From a virus: 64,000 nucleotides of DNA. Position 1 is the first letter of the stretch. Each line of letters starts with the position of its first letter. This document shows, in pieces, positions 1 to 10,338 of this stretch. Made by a program: the position numbers and the translations under genes. The stretch covers positions 70,933-134,932 of IMG/VR virus record IMGVR_UViG_3300032287_003622. One strand, given 5' to 3'. The notes beneath the pieces were generated by a model. It was not told the DNA's origin. It made no database searches and saw nothing but the letters and a program-made list of their open reading frames with translations.

Positions 1-477
1 GAACAGGCCCAATTGCCCAGACTGTTTGCTGGCGAGGACACCCAGAACATGACTTCGTGTTGGTTGACCAATTTTGCCGAAGCTCGAGACAGTTTGATTT
101 ATGTGCCCACAGAAACTGTGTATTTTGGTCGCAGAACACACATAACCGAAAAAACATTCAAGGCCATTGCTTTGGAAATGCCATTTGTGCTGGTTGCACC
201 AGCAGGCAGCCTTGAATACATGCGGAGTTACGGATTCCAAACCTTTGCTTCAGTGTTTGATGAAAGCTATGATTGTGAAACCGACGACCATGTCAGACTA
301 GCACGTGTGACGGCCTTGTTAAAAGACCTTGATTCGCTGTCTATCAAAGAAAAAAAACAAATACACAATGCCTGCCTGCCCATGGTTGAGCACAACTACA
401 ATCATTTTTATCGAGGTGGGTTGACTGAAATACTGTGGTTGGAATTACAGAGAATGTTAGATGCCTTTAGAATTTAA
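1..477 (+). CDS. 'ET...TEK' family glycosyltransferase-like protein (GT10-like C-terminal domain), 5'-truncated by window
   Basis: Frame open from base 1; motif VPTETVY...ITEKTFKAI...PFVLV...LEYMRSYGFQTF...DESYD shared with six paralogs in the window. Confidence 0.6.
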   Translation, partial: EQAQLPRLFAGEDTQNMTSCWLTNFAEARDSLIYVPTETVYFGRRTHITEKTFKAIALEMPFVLVAPAGSLEYMRSYGFQTFASVFDESYDCETDDHVRLARVTALLKDLDSLSIKEKKQIHNACLPMVEHNYNHFYRGGLTEILWLELQRMLDAFRI

Positions 478-1666
478 TTTTTCAGCTGAAAAAATCTTAG
501 GCGATAAAGCCTACCCGTCGTTGGCACAATGGACTGCACAACCTTATACTGATGATTGGCACGAATTCGGAGAACATTGGCCATACACAGTTCCAGTTGC
601 ACTCTATGACTACTGCCAACAACACGATTTTCCAATCAAAGTTCATGATATCAGATCAGCCCCTAAACATTCTTTTTATACTATAGCACCTCAAACATTC
701 AATTTTGATATTGACTACATAGGTCTGTTGCCCAATCTAGTTATGAGCAATTGCAGGTCTCATAATAACCATACACGGTTGTTGTTTTATTACAATGAAG
801 GAGACGATCCTAACCCCATCAAAACACGCATAGAACAACTTTTGCGAGATTACAGCTTGCCACTAGAATGTTATCGTTTTATCAGTGCCAACACAGCAGC
901 TCGAGATTTGGAAAGATTTGAATATTTTGCAGCACATGAACTTTTGTTTTGGCAAGCCAACCAATCACAGTCGCCGTTGCAAATACATGATAGACCTAGA
1001 TCTAAATTATTTACTGTGTTGAATCGCACACACAAATGGTGGAGAGCCACAGCAATGACAGATTTGTTGCATCGTGGGCTATTAGACAATTGCTACTGGA
1101 GCTATAATACACAAATCGATATATCAGAAAACAAAAATTCTAATTCCATCATGACCGGCGACATTTTTGATCAGTATGTTGATGATTTTTTATCTCATGG
1201 ACCTTATACCTGCGATTCATTATCACAATCTGAGCACAACAATCATGCCGCCGTGGTAACCGAGCATTTCCAAGATTCTTATTGTAGTATAGTTTTTGAA
1301 ACGTTCTTTGATTTGGGTTACTCTAATGGCACATTTTTAACTGAAAAAGTATTCAAGTGTCTCAAACACGGGCACCCATTTGTGGTGGTAGGTTGCCCAG
1401 GAGCCTTGGCCGAATTGAGAGCCATGGGATATCGCACATTTGATCATGCCATAGACAACAGTTATGATCACGTGCAAGACAACACGCAACGTTGGTTAAG
1501 CATAGTAAAAACCATAGAAAAAATTCGTAGACAAGACATGCATGTATGGTTTGCGTCTTGTAGATCAGACATAGAACACAATCAACGTTTATTTTGTCAG
1601 TCCAAATACGACCGATTAAATAGTTTGTTCACACGCATACTCAACAATGATCAATTCTTATACTAG
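461..1666 (+). CDS. 'ET...TEK' family glycosyltransferase-like protein
   Basis: 401 aa; LNRTHKWWR and IVFETFF...FLTEKVFKCLKHGHPFVVVG...LRAMGYRTFDHAIDNSYD motifs. Confidence 0.6.
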   Translation: MPLEFNFSAEKILGDKAYPSLAQWTAQPYTDDWHEFGEHWPYTVPVALYDYCQQHDFPIKVHDIRSAPKHSFYTIAPQTFNFDIDYIGLLPNLVMSNCRSHNNHTRLLFYYNEGDDPNPIKTRIEQLLRDYSLPLECYRFISANTAARDLERFEYFAAHELLFWQANQSQSPLQIHDRPRSKLFTVLNRTHKWWRATAMTDLLHRGLLDNCYWSYNTQIDISENKNSNSIMTGDIFDQYVDDFLSHGPYTCDSLSQSEHNNHAAVVTEHFQDSYCSIVFETFFDLGYSNGTFLTEKVFKCLKHGHPFVVVGCPGALAELRAMGYRTFDHAIDNSYDHVQDNTQRWLSIVKTIEKIRRQDMHVWFASCRSDIEHNQRLFCQSKYDRLNSLFTRILNNDQFLY

Positions 1667-2666
1667 CTGGCAACCCTTGGAAGAAGTCATCGTAGGTCGA
1701 GCCTACACTCCAGACTACTTTGATTTCATTGACAATGCCCAGGTTAGGAATCAATTGCAACAGATATTGGTTGAAACACAAGAAGATCTCGACAATTTGC
1801 AACGCACCATAGAACAATATGGAGCGCGAGTGCGGCGGCCAAATCTTCCCGACAAACACTGGTTTCACGAACAACAGATTTCGGGGCAAGGAGTTCCGTT
1901 GCCGCCTTTGACTCCCCGAGACTGGCAAATAAGCCTGGGTCAAAAACTCCTGCGTGTGTTGCCCATCACCGAACTAGATGAAATCTGCGACAATTACAAA
2001 GATCAAATTGTAAACCCCCATGGCATTGAATGGAATCCTGATTGCATATTGAATGGTGCGTCGGCAAGCTGTATCGTTCGTGTAGGTCGTGACGTGTTTT
2101 TTGACAATAGCGATTTTTTACGACCAGAACAGACCGCCTGGATCGTGGAAAACTGTCTGGGGCCAGAATATAGAATACACGAAGCAGTCACTGACGGGCA
2201 CGGCGATGCGGTTTTCGCTATTTTGAAACCCGGTGTCATACTTTCCAGCAAACATGACATGCATCTACATCTGGCACAAGACTTTCCTGGTTGGGAAGTG
2301 CTAAAGATCTGGGATAGTTCAATCTGGGCAGCCATGGAAGTGGGTAAATTCAAATATGAGGAAAGTCCCGGAGCTTGGTATGTGCAAGGACAGACTCCTA
2401 CACCTGAATTCACAAACTTTGTAAACACCTATCTAAACAAGTGGACTGGTTTTGTGGCCGAAACAGTGTTTGATGTCAACTGCTTGGTGCTGGATGAATC
2501 TAATGTGATCTTCAGTGCCTACAACAAAGATGTTTTTGATTTTTGTTATCGGCATCGAATCAATCCCATAATCTCAGAATTGCGTCATAGTTATTTCTGG
2601 GATGGTGGTATAAGTTGTTGCACGCAGGACCTTCGTCGTCGTGGTGGTCTCGAGACTTATCTTTAA
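1647..2666 (+). CDS. Amidinotransferase (glycine / inosamine-phosphate amidinotransferase family)
   Basis: N-terminal SWQPLEEVIVGRA, PRD, GHGD and C-terminal DGGISCCTQDLRR (catalytic Cys motif GGxxCxTxDxxR). Confidence 0.85.
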   Translation: MINSYTSWQPLEEVIVGRAYTPDYFDFIDNAQVRNQLQQILVETQEDLDNLQRTIEQYGARVRRPNLPDKHWFHEQQISGQGVPLPPLTPRDWQISLGQKLLRVLPITELDEICDNYKDQIVNPHGIEWNPDCILNGASASCIVRVGRDVFFDNSDFLRPEQTAWIVENCLGPEYRIHEAVTDGHGDAVFAILKPGVILSSKHDMHLHLAQDFPGWEVLKIWDSSIWAAMEVGKFKYEESPGAWYVQGQTPTPEFTNFVNTYLNKWTGFVAETVFDVNCLVLDESNVIFSAYNKDVFDFCYRHRINPIISELRHSYFWDGGISCCTQDLRRRGGLETYL

Positions 2667-4129
2667 CTGAACACGGGTATATTATAGGCGGTTTGAAATC
2701 TATCAGCGTCAGCACGATCATTGACCATGGGTTCACCACGGATGTTGAGACTAGTATTAAGCAGTAAAGGACATCCAGTGCGCTCATACCAGGCCTCTAA
2801 TAATTTTCTAATGCCAGAGCCATCAGCTGACACAGTCTGTACTCGACTAGTGCCGTCCACATGACACACAGCAGGGTATAGCTCAGGACGGAGACAAGTT
2901 CCGACTGACTGCATATAAGGGCTGCTACGCCAACCCCGGGGCATATGAAAAAATTCATCCACATGCTCTGCCAGGATAACCGGTGCAAACGGTCTAAACT
3001 TTTGCCTACGTTTGATCTCATTGACTTGATCCTTTATATCAGATCCTCGGGGGTCTGCGAGAAGACTTCGATTTCCAAGGGCTCGGGGTCCAAACTCGGC
3101 TCGACCACTAGCGACACCGACGATTCTATCACTGAGTAAATGATCAACGAGGGCGCAAACAGGATATTCTCCTGGGATTTCATGGCCAAGGTACGCATCT
3201 GTCCAGCGTAGACGTCTTCCATGGGCCAGTGCGGCAGCACCAAGGCTGTTACCAGCATCGCCAGGACAAGGCATGATCCAAATGTTTTCAAAATATTCAC
3301 CGAGTTTTCTATTAGCAAGACAGTTCAAAGCCACGCCGCCCTGATAGACCAGATTAGAGCTCCAGTTGAACTCTTGGGCACGGCGCATAACACTATATAT
3401 CAATTCTTCTGTTAAAACTTGTGCAGATGCCGCAATATCTTCATTGGCGGCCAGCCACAACCACGCAGGATCTATGCCTATGTGTAGATTGTCTTCCAGC
3501 AAGGCGCGGCATTCTTCCACATATCGTGGTTGGCCATATGCGGCCATGCCCATGGTGATGTATTCCTCGTCTAGCGGGTGTAGGCCAATGCGCTGAGTAA
3601 TTGCACTATAAAACAGCCCAATCGATCTGGGATAACTTTGGCTCCAAAGTTTCTTATACTGCGCTTTATCCGTTGTATCATATTCTGCTCCCCATATACT
3701 TATGGTATCAAATTCTCCAATGGCATCTATGACCACACAGGTGGCACGGTCATATGGGCTGGTTTGGAAACCAGCAGCCGCATGGCACAGGTGATGACTG
3801 TAAGTTTTTACTTGTCTAGGTAGACATTGCAACCATGATCCTAGTTGATTCCGCAATACTTGTTGAATGGTCACATTAGACCAATCTATGCCTTGCCCTG
3901 ATACAAGATTACGTGCTTGTTTAAGCCAGGGTCGCTCATAGTAGGTAATGGTGTCTATGGGATATTCACAAAATTCTTCCAGCAGACTTGTACATATATC
4001 TGCATCATTTTTCTTTTTTGAATAGCGTTCGCTGTGTCCAGCGAACATTATCTCACCGTCGCCGCGGATCAATGTGGCGGCTGCATCGTGAAATCCGGCA
4101 CTTAATCCAAGAATATACTGTTGTTTCAT
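2663..4129 (-). CDS. Carbamoyltransferase, NodU/CmcH/TobZ family
   Basis: LGLSAGFHDAAA, ERYSKKKND, HHLCHAAAG, GGVALNCLAN, PGDAG, GRAEFGPRALGNRSLLADP, KRRQKFRPFAP, HVDGTSRVQTV, LLNTSLN. Confidence 0.95.
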   Translation of the reverse strand: MKQQYILGLSAGFHDAAATLIRGDGEIMFAGHSERYSKKKNDADICTSLLEEFCEYPIDTITYYERPWLKQARNLVSGQGIDWSNVTIQQVLRNQLGSWLQCLPRQVKTYSHHLCHAAAGFQTSPYDRATCVVIDAIGEFDTISIWGAEYDTTDKAQYKKLWSQSYPRSIGLFYSAITQRIGLHPLDEEYITMGMAAYGQPRYVEECRALLEDNLHIGIDPAWLWLAANEDIAASAQVLTEELIYSVMRRAQEFNWSSNLVYQGGVALNCLANRKLGEYFENIWIMPCPGDAGNSLGAAALAHGRRLRWTDAYLGHEIPGEYPVCALVDHLLSDRIVGVASGRAEFGPRALGNRSLLADPRGSDIKDQVNEIKRRQKFRPFAPVILAEHVDEFFHMPRGWRSSPYMQSVGTCLRPELYPAVCHVDGTSRVQTVSADGSGIRKLLEAWYERTGCPLLLNTSLNIRGEPMVNDRADADRFQTAYNIPVFS

Positions 4130-4227
4130 TTGTAGATAAAAGGATCTCTCTTGCGTAGTTCTTTGAGTTTTTTCCGATAGCGGATTTCCAATTTTATTCT
4201 ATCTATTAGATTACGAATCCATTTCAT
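4126..4227 (-). CDS. 33-aa basic peptide MKWIRNLIDRIKLEIRYRKKLKELRKRDPFIYK (not in the ORF track)
   Basis: Read by hand; fills the intergenic gap and its TGA overlaps the carbamoyltransferase ATG (ATGA coupling). Confidence 0.7.
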   Translation of the reverse strand: MKWIRNLIDRIKLEIRYRKKLKELRKRDPFIYK

Positions 4228-4912
4228 TTGTTTTTTCCTTTAGTAAGGGGTCATACAGTGGTACAGCGCAAAATGTTACTTTTTCTTTATTAATCACTGT
4301 GGCTCGTTTGAGGGCGATTACAGTTTCTAAATTGTAATAATTGTAATTAGTGTCGATTCGTTGATGCCATTTCATTGCTGTTCCTATGCTGGTTCCGTCA
4401 CAGATATTGTAATTGGGGTCTACCATGCCCGCGAATTCATTCCAATCGTCTGACCAATCTAACAAATACGGTAAAATTACAAGTCTCCACCCGGACTTCA
4501 TTTTGGCACGCCATGGCCAATGCAACAATCTCACTGAGTATTCATACAAGCTGTTATCTTCTTGTGTCCAAGGTTTTCGACCTTTGTTGGCCCATTTTGT
4601 GCCATACAACATTTCGGGATGTAATCTTCCACGATTAAAGTAGGTGTCGTGACATGTCAATTTTTCCGGCAAAGGTATAGTGTAACCCAAATTGCATATT
4701 CCTCGAAAACCCAAACAATTTCGTATAGTTTGCCGATCCGCAACTGCATCACCGTGATGAGTTTGAATCTCCTGTTTGAGGGCTTTTTGATTTTTGAACC
4801 AGTTGGGAATAAAACGATTCATTGGTTCCGGTGGAGGACATTGCAAATACTGTATCTCAGGATCTGAGCAATATTCCCAGGTCAAATAGTCGTTAACTGA
4901 TATATCGTTCAT
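4211..4912 (-). CDS. Hypothetical phage protein (start revised to ATG 4912)
   Basis: ATGA overlap with the upstream stop at 4909-4911; TIRNCLG...GYTIPLP and PWRAK..GW motifs; function unknown. Confidence 0.6.
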   Translation of the reverse strand: MNDISVNDYLTWEYCSDPEIQYLQCPPPEPMNRFIPNWFKNQKALKQEIQTHHGDAVADRQTIRNCLGFRGICNLGYTIPLPEKLTCHDTYFNRGRLHPEMLYGTKWANKGRKPWTQEDNSLYEYSVRLLHWPWRAKMKSGWRLVILPYLLDWSDDWNEFAGMVDPNYNICDGTSIGTAMKWHQRIDTNYNYYNLETVIALKRATVINKEKVTFCAVPLYDPLLKEKTNEMDS

Positions 4913-5946
4913 TTTAATGCTTTTATCTGCCTTGTTATAAAGTCCGAATCCGACCAGCAATAGTCATAGAAAGCATGGGCTTCACTGGTGCCTACGGAAT
5001 AAACGTTTAAATGAGTTTTTAACTGCGCCCAAATATCACGATAGTCTTCAGTGCCAAAACTGCGTAATAGATCTACTTGACCTACCTGTGGATGTCCAAT
5101 AGTTAATGTTTTGTCCTCGGGATCAAAGCCGTTGGCCACTAGCCAATCACGGAACTCTGCCAACTGCTGGATCTGCCAAGGAAACGTTCCAGGATTGTTG
5201 GCCCACTCTATGTCAAAGTCGCCGGCGGCTTCGGTCTGTGCTTTCAAGCTAGTGGTTGTGAGTTCGCCTATGCGACTGTCTTGTCCTTCGTCCTGGAAAA
5301 CTTCCCAATGATGCTTGCCCACTGCTTTGTTGACACCCACATAAACTCCACCTAGGCTACGATTGATAGTTTCAATACCAAACAATTCGTAGTCTTCTGG
5401 TTCCAATATAAATCTTGGAGCCGATAACCAACACATAAGTTGGCTGGGTCTTTGCCATTCTGGTGCGGTGTGTTTTTTGCGCCAGCTCAATTGCCAGCTT
5501 TCAAACTCGTGACACAACAAATTTAACTGGCGAATGTGCCAGCGTGTTGCATTATCAGCTTGCCAGTAGTAGTCGCTGATGTGCCCACTGCCTCCTTGTA
5601 AGTCCTCAAAGTATCTGTGCAATTGATTGAAGTGATTGTGGTTGACTCCGCCCTTTTCATCCACACTGTTGCTTATGTCAAAATAGTCATCAATGTAATA
5701 ATTAAGTCCACTGGCATTTATGGCCGCGATACTGCGATTTATTTGATCCAGGATATATGACCCATTTCTGGGGCCATCTGCAAATCCAAAAAAGCAGTAA
5801 TTTTTTTCCAGGTGATAATCATTGACCAACAAGTCGTTCAAGGCAATCAGCCATTTGCGACTGAGACTGTTGTCATAGACGTCGACATACACCCGCAATA
5901 AATCTTTGGGGGTGCCTAGATCTATTTCTACTACATCAAGTAGCAA
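4909..5946 (-). CDS. Hypothetical protein associated with the radical SAM array (start uncertain: TTG 5946 or ATG 5964)
   Basis: Long ORF coupled at both ends; His/Glu motifs NQLHRYFE, LLCHEFE, GKHHWEV. Confidence 0.6.
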   Translation of the reverse strand: MLLDVVEIDLGTPKDLLRVYVDVYDNSLSRKWLIALNDLLVNDYHLEKNYCFFGFADGPRNGSYILDQINRSIAAINASGLNYYIDDYFDISNSVDEKGGVNHNHFNQLHRYFEDLQGGSGHISDYYWQADNATRWHIRQLNLLCHEFESWQLSWRKKHTAPEWQRPSQLMCWLSAPRFILEPEDYELFGIETINRSLGGVYVGVNKAVGKHHWEVFQDEGQDSRIGELTTTSLKAQTEAAGDFDIEWANNPGTFPWQIQQLAEFRDWLVANGFDPEDKTLTIGHPQVGQVDLLRSFGTEDYRDIWAQLKTHLNVYSVGTSEAHAFYDYCWSDSDFITRQIKALK

Positions 5947-7243
5947 TCGCTTGGTACCAGTCATATATCTCCTGATTGGGTTGCAGTATATCTGCCATGG
6001 TGTAGGTATCACCGCGTATTTGTTCTAATTTTAATACACGACGCTTGCCTTTAGCAAGTCCGGCTTGCCATTCAGCAGGCCACTGTTCTTCAAATGTGGG
6101 TCGCTGTTTGAGTTGTAACAACACATCTTGCAGGGCACCCGGCGGCAAGCGGTCTACTAGATCATTCACTGTGATGTCTAGCAACTGTCTAGGCAAGGCC
6201 AAGGGACTCATTATAATATCTGGAGTAAAACTGAATATGACCTTGGCCAAAACATCTACATCCAGCTCATCGGCCAAACGTTGTATGCGTTCAACTTCAA
6301 ACAGACCTGGCAAGGTCAATGTAAAATCTATACGCATCTGTCGGCGATGTCGTGCTATTTTATTACCTTGCCGGAAGTTGGCCAGCCAGGATTCATAATC
6401 TAGTCCAGTCCTTATGTATTCACCTGTGGCCTCTGTTCCGTCCAGGCTGGCACATATCTGCCAGTCACGTATGTGTGCCAGGATATCCGTATAAAGATTT
6501 GTTCCTTTATATTCCACTCGGCTTAAATTGGTATTGTATCTGGCATATACCCTAGGTCCATCGCCTAGTTCAATGATACGTTTCATGTAACGCCAATGTT
6601 GTTCGTACATGAGCGGCTCACCACCTACCCAGTAAACTTCTTCCACTCTGTGCTGTTCCACAGCCAAGGCAAATTCGGCTTCAATTTGCGTGTCTTGATA
6701 GGCCGTGATCTGTTCACGCACTTCGGGACGCATCCAGGTGTTCTTGGGGTTTGACCAATCAATCATGTTGTGCTGACGTTGTTCCGTTTCCCAGGAACTG
6801 GACAACATGTCTCCACACATGCGACATTTGAAATTACATAGATTGCTGAATCTATAGTCCCAACTCACAGGTCTTGTTCGGGTAAAACCATAGCGATCAG
6901 TGGCACGCATGCATTCTTCATACTTGTGCTCAAATAATCTATTGAAATAATCTCTGTATACGTCTGTGTTCAATAACTTGTTGTTGCACACTTCACACTC
7001 GGACAAAGTTTCTCCCAGCATCATGCGCAATCTTACACTGCGCATGTGTTCGCTGTTCCAATGTTCGTCCAGACTCACAGGATGATATTTGCCTGTTCCA
7101 GATTCAGTGTCTATGTATTGTTCAAAGTTCTGCGCAGGTTCTCTTGACGCACAACACATTCTGCGTTCGGTCTGCGGACTGAGGTATGTGTGTGTCCATG
7201 GTGCCATGCACAAGGTTTCAGGACGTTGTTTAGGGGCCGGCAT
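5936..7243 (-). CDS. Radical SAM protein with N-terminal twitch-like domain
   Basis: CMAPW...MCC...CEVC N-terminal; CNFKCRMC; VGGEP; YNTN; ASLDG...EYIR. Confidence 0.9.
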   Translation of the reverse strand: MPAPKQRPETLCMAPWTHTYLSPQTERRMCCASREPAQNFEQYIDTESGTGKYHPVSLDEHWNSEHMRSVRLRMMLGETLSECEVCNNKLLNTDVYRDYFNRLFEHKYEECMRATDRYGFTRTRPVSWDYRFSNLCNFKCRMCGDMLSSSWETEQRQHNMIDWSNPKNTWMRPEVREQITAYQDTQIEAEFALAVEQHRVEEVYWVGGEPLMYEQHWRYMKRIIELGDGPRVYARYNTNLSRVEYKGTNLYTDILAHIRDWQICASLDGTEATGEYIRTGLDYESWLANFRQGNKIARHRRQMRIDFTLTLPGLFEVERIQRLADELDVDVLAKVIFSFTPDIIMSPLALPRQLLDITVNDLVDRLPPGALQDVLLQLKQRPTFEEQWPAEWQAGLAKGKRRVLKLEQIRGDTYTMADILQPNQEIYDWYQAIAT

Positions 7244-8444
7244 AGTCTATGAGTTCTGCAAATTCTGGTTCAACCCAAGCAAGGTTTTGTTGTCGCTTGC
7301 GATCTAAATCTGCTATGCGCATTTTTAGAATAAATCCATCAAGACTGACGCCATTGTTCATAAAATCAATGATGCGGGCGAATTCATTGTGTGTGGCCTT
7401 ATCAACATCAGCGACAGCCAATCGCTCAGCAATGATTTTTTTGGCCTTGTCTGGTAAAGTGCTGATACTAAAATAGTAAGCTTCATGCATCATGTTCCAA
7501 TAAACAAAATCAAATCCTTGCTGAGCAACCCAAGCAGCCACTTCGGCAATGTAATAAACATTAAACACATTGACGGTGGTGCACACCTGTAACTGTATGT
7601 GGCTGTGACGCTGTCTCAATTCTTTGAATTTGACAATGTTTTGTTCAACTTCGGTCCACACAGCATTGGTGCGCTGATATTCAAATCTGGATCCAATATC
7701 GTCGATGCTGAATGCTATCTCAACCAGTTTGAAATGTTTCCAAATAGTTTCGGCATTTTCTGGCCATTGTGTGCCATTAGTATTGTAGTGTATTTCTATG
7801 TTGCCAGCCAGTCCACGATCGACCAAACCTTGCAACACGTCAAAGTGCTCCTGGATCATGAACGGTTCGCCGCCGGTGAACTCGATATATTGTATTTGAT
7901 CTACAATTTTTTCAATCTCGGTCCAAAACACAGGATTTTCTCTGGGCCAGGCACCTTGTCGCAACATGTGATAGTGATGATTGGATTTTTTGTCTTCATC
8001 TGGTCCAAGATTAGCCAGTTCTTCTGTGGCAAAGGTGCTTGAACTCCAGCTTCCACAAATCCTGCATTTTAAATTACAAATATTGCCTAATTTAAGATCT
8101 AAAAACATCAATGGTTTGGCATCCACTGTCCAATGTTGTTGTGGTAGAATATGCTTGAGGCGATCCAGGGTATGCATGCGTTTGCTGGTGCGACCAGCAC
8201 GCTCTTCTCTCCAGCACTTTCTACAGGTTTGAGGCTGTTGCCTATCCAAGAACTGCTGGCGCAGATTTTTCATGTAAACACTGTTTTGTATACCACCAAA
8301 ACTGGCTGTGTTAAGATCAAACTTGCACCCTTGGTCGTCCACGATCTCTTCTTCGGCCAAGCAACAAGGCCGCACTGTGCCAATGGGACTGCTCTCCAGG
8401 CTGATCCAGGGTAAAACACAAAATTTATCGTGAGGCAAATTCAT
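7230..8444 (-). CDS. Radical SAM protein with N-terminal twitch-like domain
   Basis: CVLPW...RPCC...CRKC; CNLKCRIC; TGGEP; YNTNG; FSIDD. Confidence 0.9.
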   Translation of the reverse strand: MNLPHDKFCVLPWISLESSPIGTVRPCCLAEEEIVDDQGCKFDLNTASFGGIQNSVYMKNLRQQFLDRQQPQTCRKCWREERAGRTSKRMHTLDRLKHILPQQHWTVDAKPLMFLDLKLGNICNLKCRICGSWSSSTFATEELANLGPDEDKKSNHHYHMLRQGAWPRENPVFWTEIEKIVDQIQYIEFTGGEPFMIQEHFDVLQGLVDRGLAGNIEIHYNTNGTQWPENAETIWKHFKLVEIAFSIDDIGSRFEYQRTNAVWTEVEQNIVKFKELRQRHSHIQLQVCTTVNVFNVYYIAEVAAWVAQQGFDFVYWNMMHEAYYFSISTLPDKAKKIIAERLAVADVDKATHNEFARIIDFMNNGVSLDGFILKMRIADLDRKRQQNLAWVEPEFAELIDYAGP

Positions 8445-10338
8445 GGTCTATAATCTCTGTGAGTCGATCGGCCCAGGCTTTGTGACATCTCGCACTATGA
8501 TGCACACCGTCGTTGCCTTGATTATCAAATATCCAACTGCGCCCAGCTTGTGTTTGGTTGTCGTGCATGACTATGTGCTTTTTTTCCAATATGTGTTTGC
8601 ACACTGGATCTACACTTTCCAAAAATATATTGACAATGGGTATGTCCAGGGCCTTGCAAATCTCATTGGTAGTGACAATATCATCTAGCCAAGTGGCCAA
8701 GAAGTTCTGTTCACCGGCTTTGAGTTGGTTGGACAGTATAGCGTGTGTGTCTGACATGGTCATTGGAACTGGGACATTTTGTTTCCATACAGTGCGTCTC
8801 ATAGGATTTGGCCATTGTGCAATTATCAATCCAGGCCGGTTTCCGGCTCCAATCCACTGCATGAAATTATGACGACATATGGTAGAATTTCCGCCATCCT
8901 TGGCCAAATTGTGTATGGTGCGTTGATAGTGCTCACTGAGTAGAATGACATAAATTTCACTGTGCAGGACACCGATACCAGCAGTATGGCTGCACCCAAC
9001 AGCGACCCAATCGTTGGGCTGGCTATGCTGTCTTGGTTGCCAAGTCCATGGCTGGTCAAAATATGTTTGCAGTGTAGTAACATTTAATGCGTGCAATTCT
9101 GGCAAAACCTCTAACACTTGTTCTCTACGTATTTGATCCAACTGTGAGGTCTTCTGCCAAAATTTTTCAATGAGATCATTGTTGTTGGTGGCACGCATGA
9201 AATTCATGGCACTTTCAAAACCCATGGTGGCACGTTGTAAAGGATCTTTGGGACGCAACCAGGCCAAATGTTCTTCATACTTGGTCCTAATACATTTCTT
9301 ATATGGATCTGGTGCTATGTCTATTCTTAAATAATCGGGATCTTGAAGGATGTTGACATTTAGATCTTGAGGTCGTATAAACCCAAGATCAGTCCAAGCG
9401 CGATGGAAATCTGGCAGGTGCCAAGCATTCAAGATACTGAGAGTGGAACTGATATAAAAATCAACTTCGGGGCATGTTTCCAACATCTGAACACGATTGC
9501 GTTCCACAGTGTCCCAGTTGGTCCCTTGGCGTATATATTCGGCTCTGGGACCCATGGCATCTAGACTGGCACCTACCGCTACACTTTTGAACTTTTTCCA
9601 GTAATCAAACACTGTGCGGTCTTTGAGTCGGACATGTGTGAAGTTGGTATTATAGATCAAACGCACATCAAAACGTCCACGACGCTCTAGTTCGTCTAAA
9701 ATATTATAGTGTTCTTTCATCATCAACGGCTCGCCACCGGCAAAGTAAATTTGCTCAACATAGTCCAGATGCGGAATCAACTGTTCCCACATGTCTGTTT
9801 CGGTGCGTCCTGCGTAATTTAAAGCCAGATTCTGCTGGGCCCATGTTGCCCCGGCCAATTTTGCCTGATCTTGATACCAAGAACTGCTGAAGATATGTCC
9901 GCAACTACGGCAACTGAGATTGCACAAGTTACTGAAACGTATGTCCCAGTAGGTCATACGGAATTCGCCATCGTCGATGCGTTTGATATGATGTCCATGA
10001 TGTTTGTTGGCACTGCGACGACCGCTGAAGAATCCAGATTCTTCCTGTTCATAACAACGATTGCAGGCCGGATTGAATCGCTCGTTGAGCATGTCGTTTC
10101 TCAACTCACGCATTGGTGCGTCTCGATAAATTTCTTCAAGAGTTTTAAGACGAGTGTTGCCCACAGGATAGGCCATTTCAGCATGACAGCAAGGATAGGC
10201 TTCGCCAGTGGGATAGGCATGCAGGTGTATCCAGGGATAGATGCAGAATCTTTTTGATTCCTTCAGCAAGAATTCCTCACGCTGGGTGAGTTCTATGGGT
10301 TGGACCAGATCGGCTGAATTATACTTGTATTGACTCAT
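8425..10338 (-). CDS. N-twitch radical SAM protein fused to a C-terminal SGNH-like domain
   Basis: CIYPW..YPCC..CNRC; CNLSCRSC; AGGEP; C-terminal VAVGCSHTAG, NLAKDGG, DGVHHS. Confidence 0.85.
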   Translation of the reverse strand: MSQYKYNSADLVQPIELTQREEFLLKESKRFCIYPWIHLHAYPTGEAYPCCHAEMAYPVGNTRLKTLEEIYRDAPMRELRNDMLNERFNPACNRCYEQEESGFFSGRRSANKHHGHHIKRIDDGEFRMTYWDIRFSNLCNLSCRSCGHIFSSSWYQDQAKLAGATWAQQNLALNYAGRTETDMWEQLIPHLDYVEQIYFAGGEPLMMKEHYNILDELERRGRFDVRLIYNTNFTHVRLKDRTVFDYWKKFKSVAVGASLDAMGPRAEYIRQGTNWDTVERNRVQMLETCPEVDFYISSTLSILNAWHLPDFHRAWTDLGFIRPQDLNVNILQDPDYLRIDIAPDPYKKCIRTKYEEHLAWLRPKDPLQRATMGFESAMNFMRATNNNDLIEKFWQKTSQLDQIRREQVLEVLPELHALNVTTLQTYFDQPWTWQPRQHSQPNDWVAVGCSHTAGIGVLHSEIYVILLSEHYQRTIHNLAKDGGNSTICRHNFMQWIGAGNRPGLIIAQWPNPMRRTVWKQNVPVPMTMSDTHAILSNQLKAGEQNFLATWLDDIVTTNEICKALDIPIVNIFLESVDPVCKHILEKKHIVMHDNQTQAGRSWIFDNQGNDGVHHSARCHKAWADRLTEIIDHEFASR

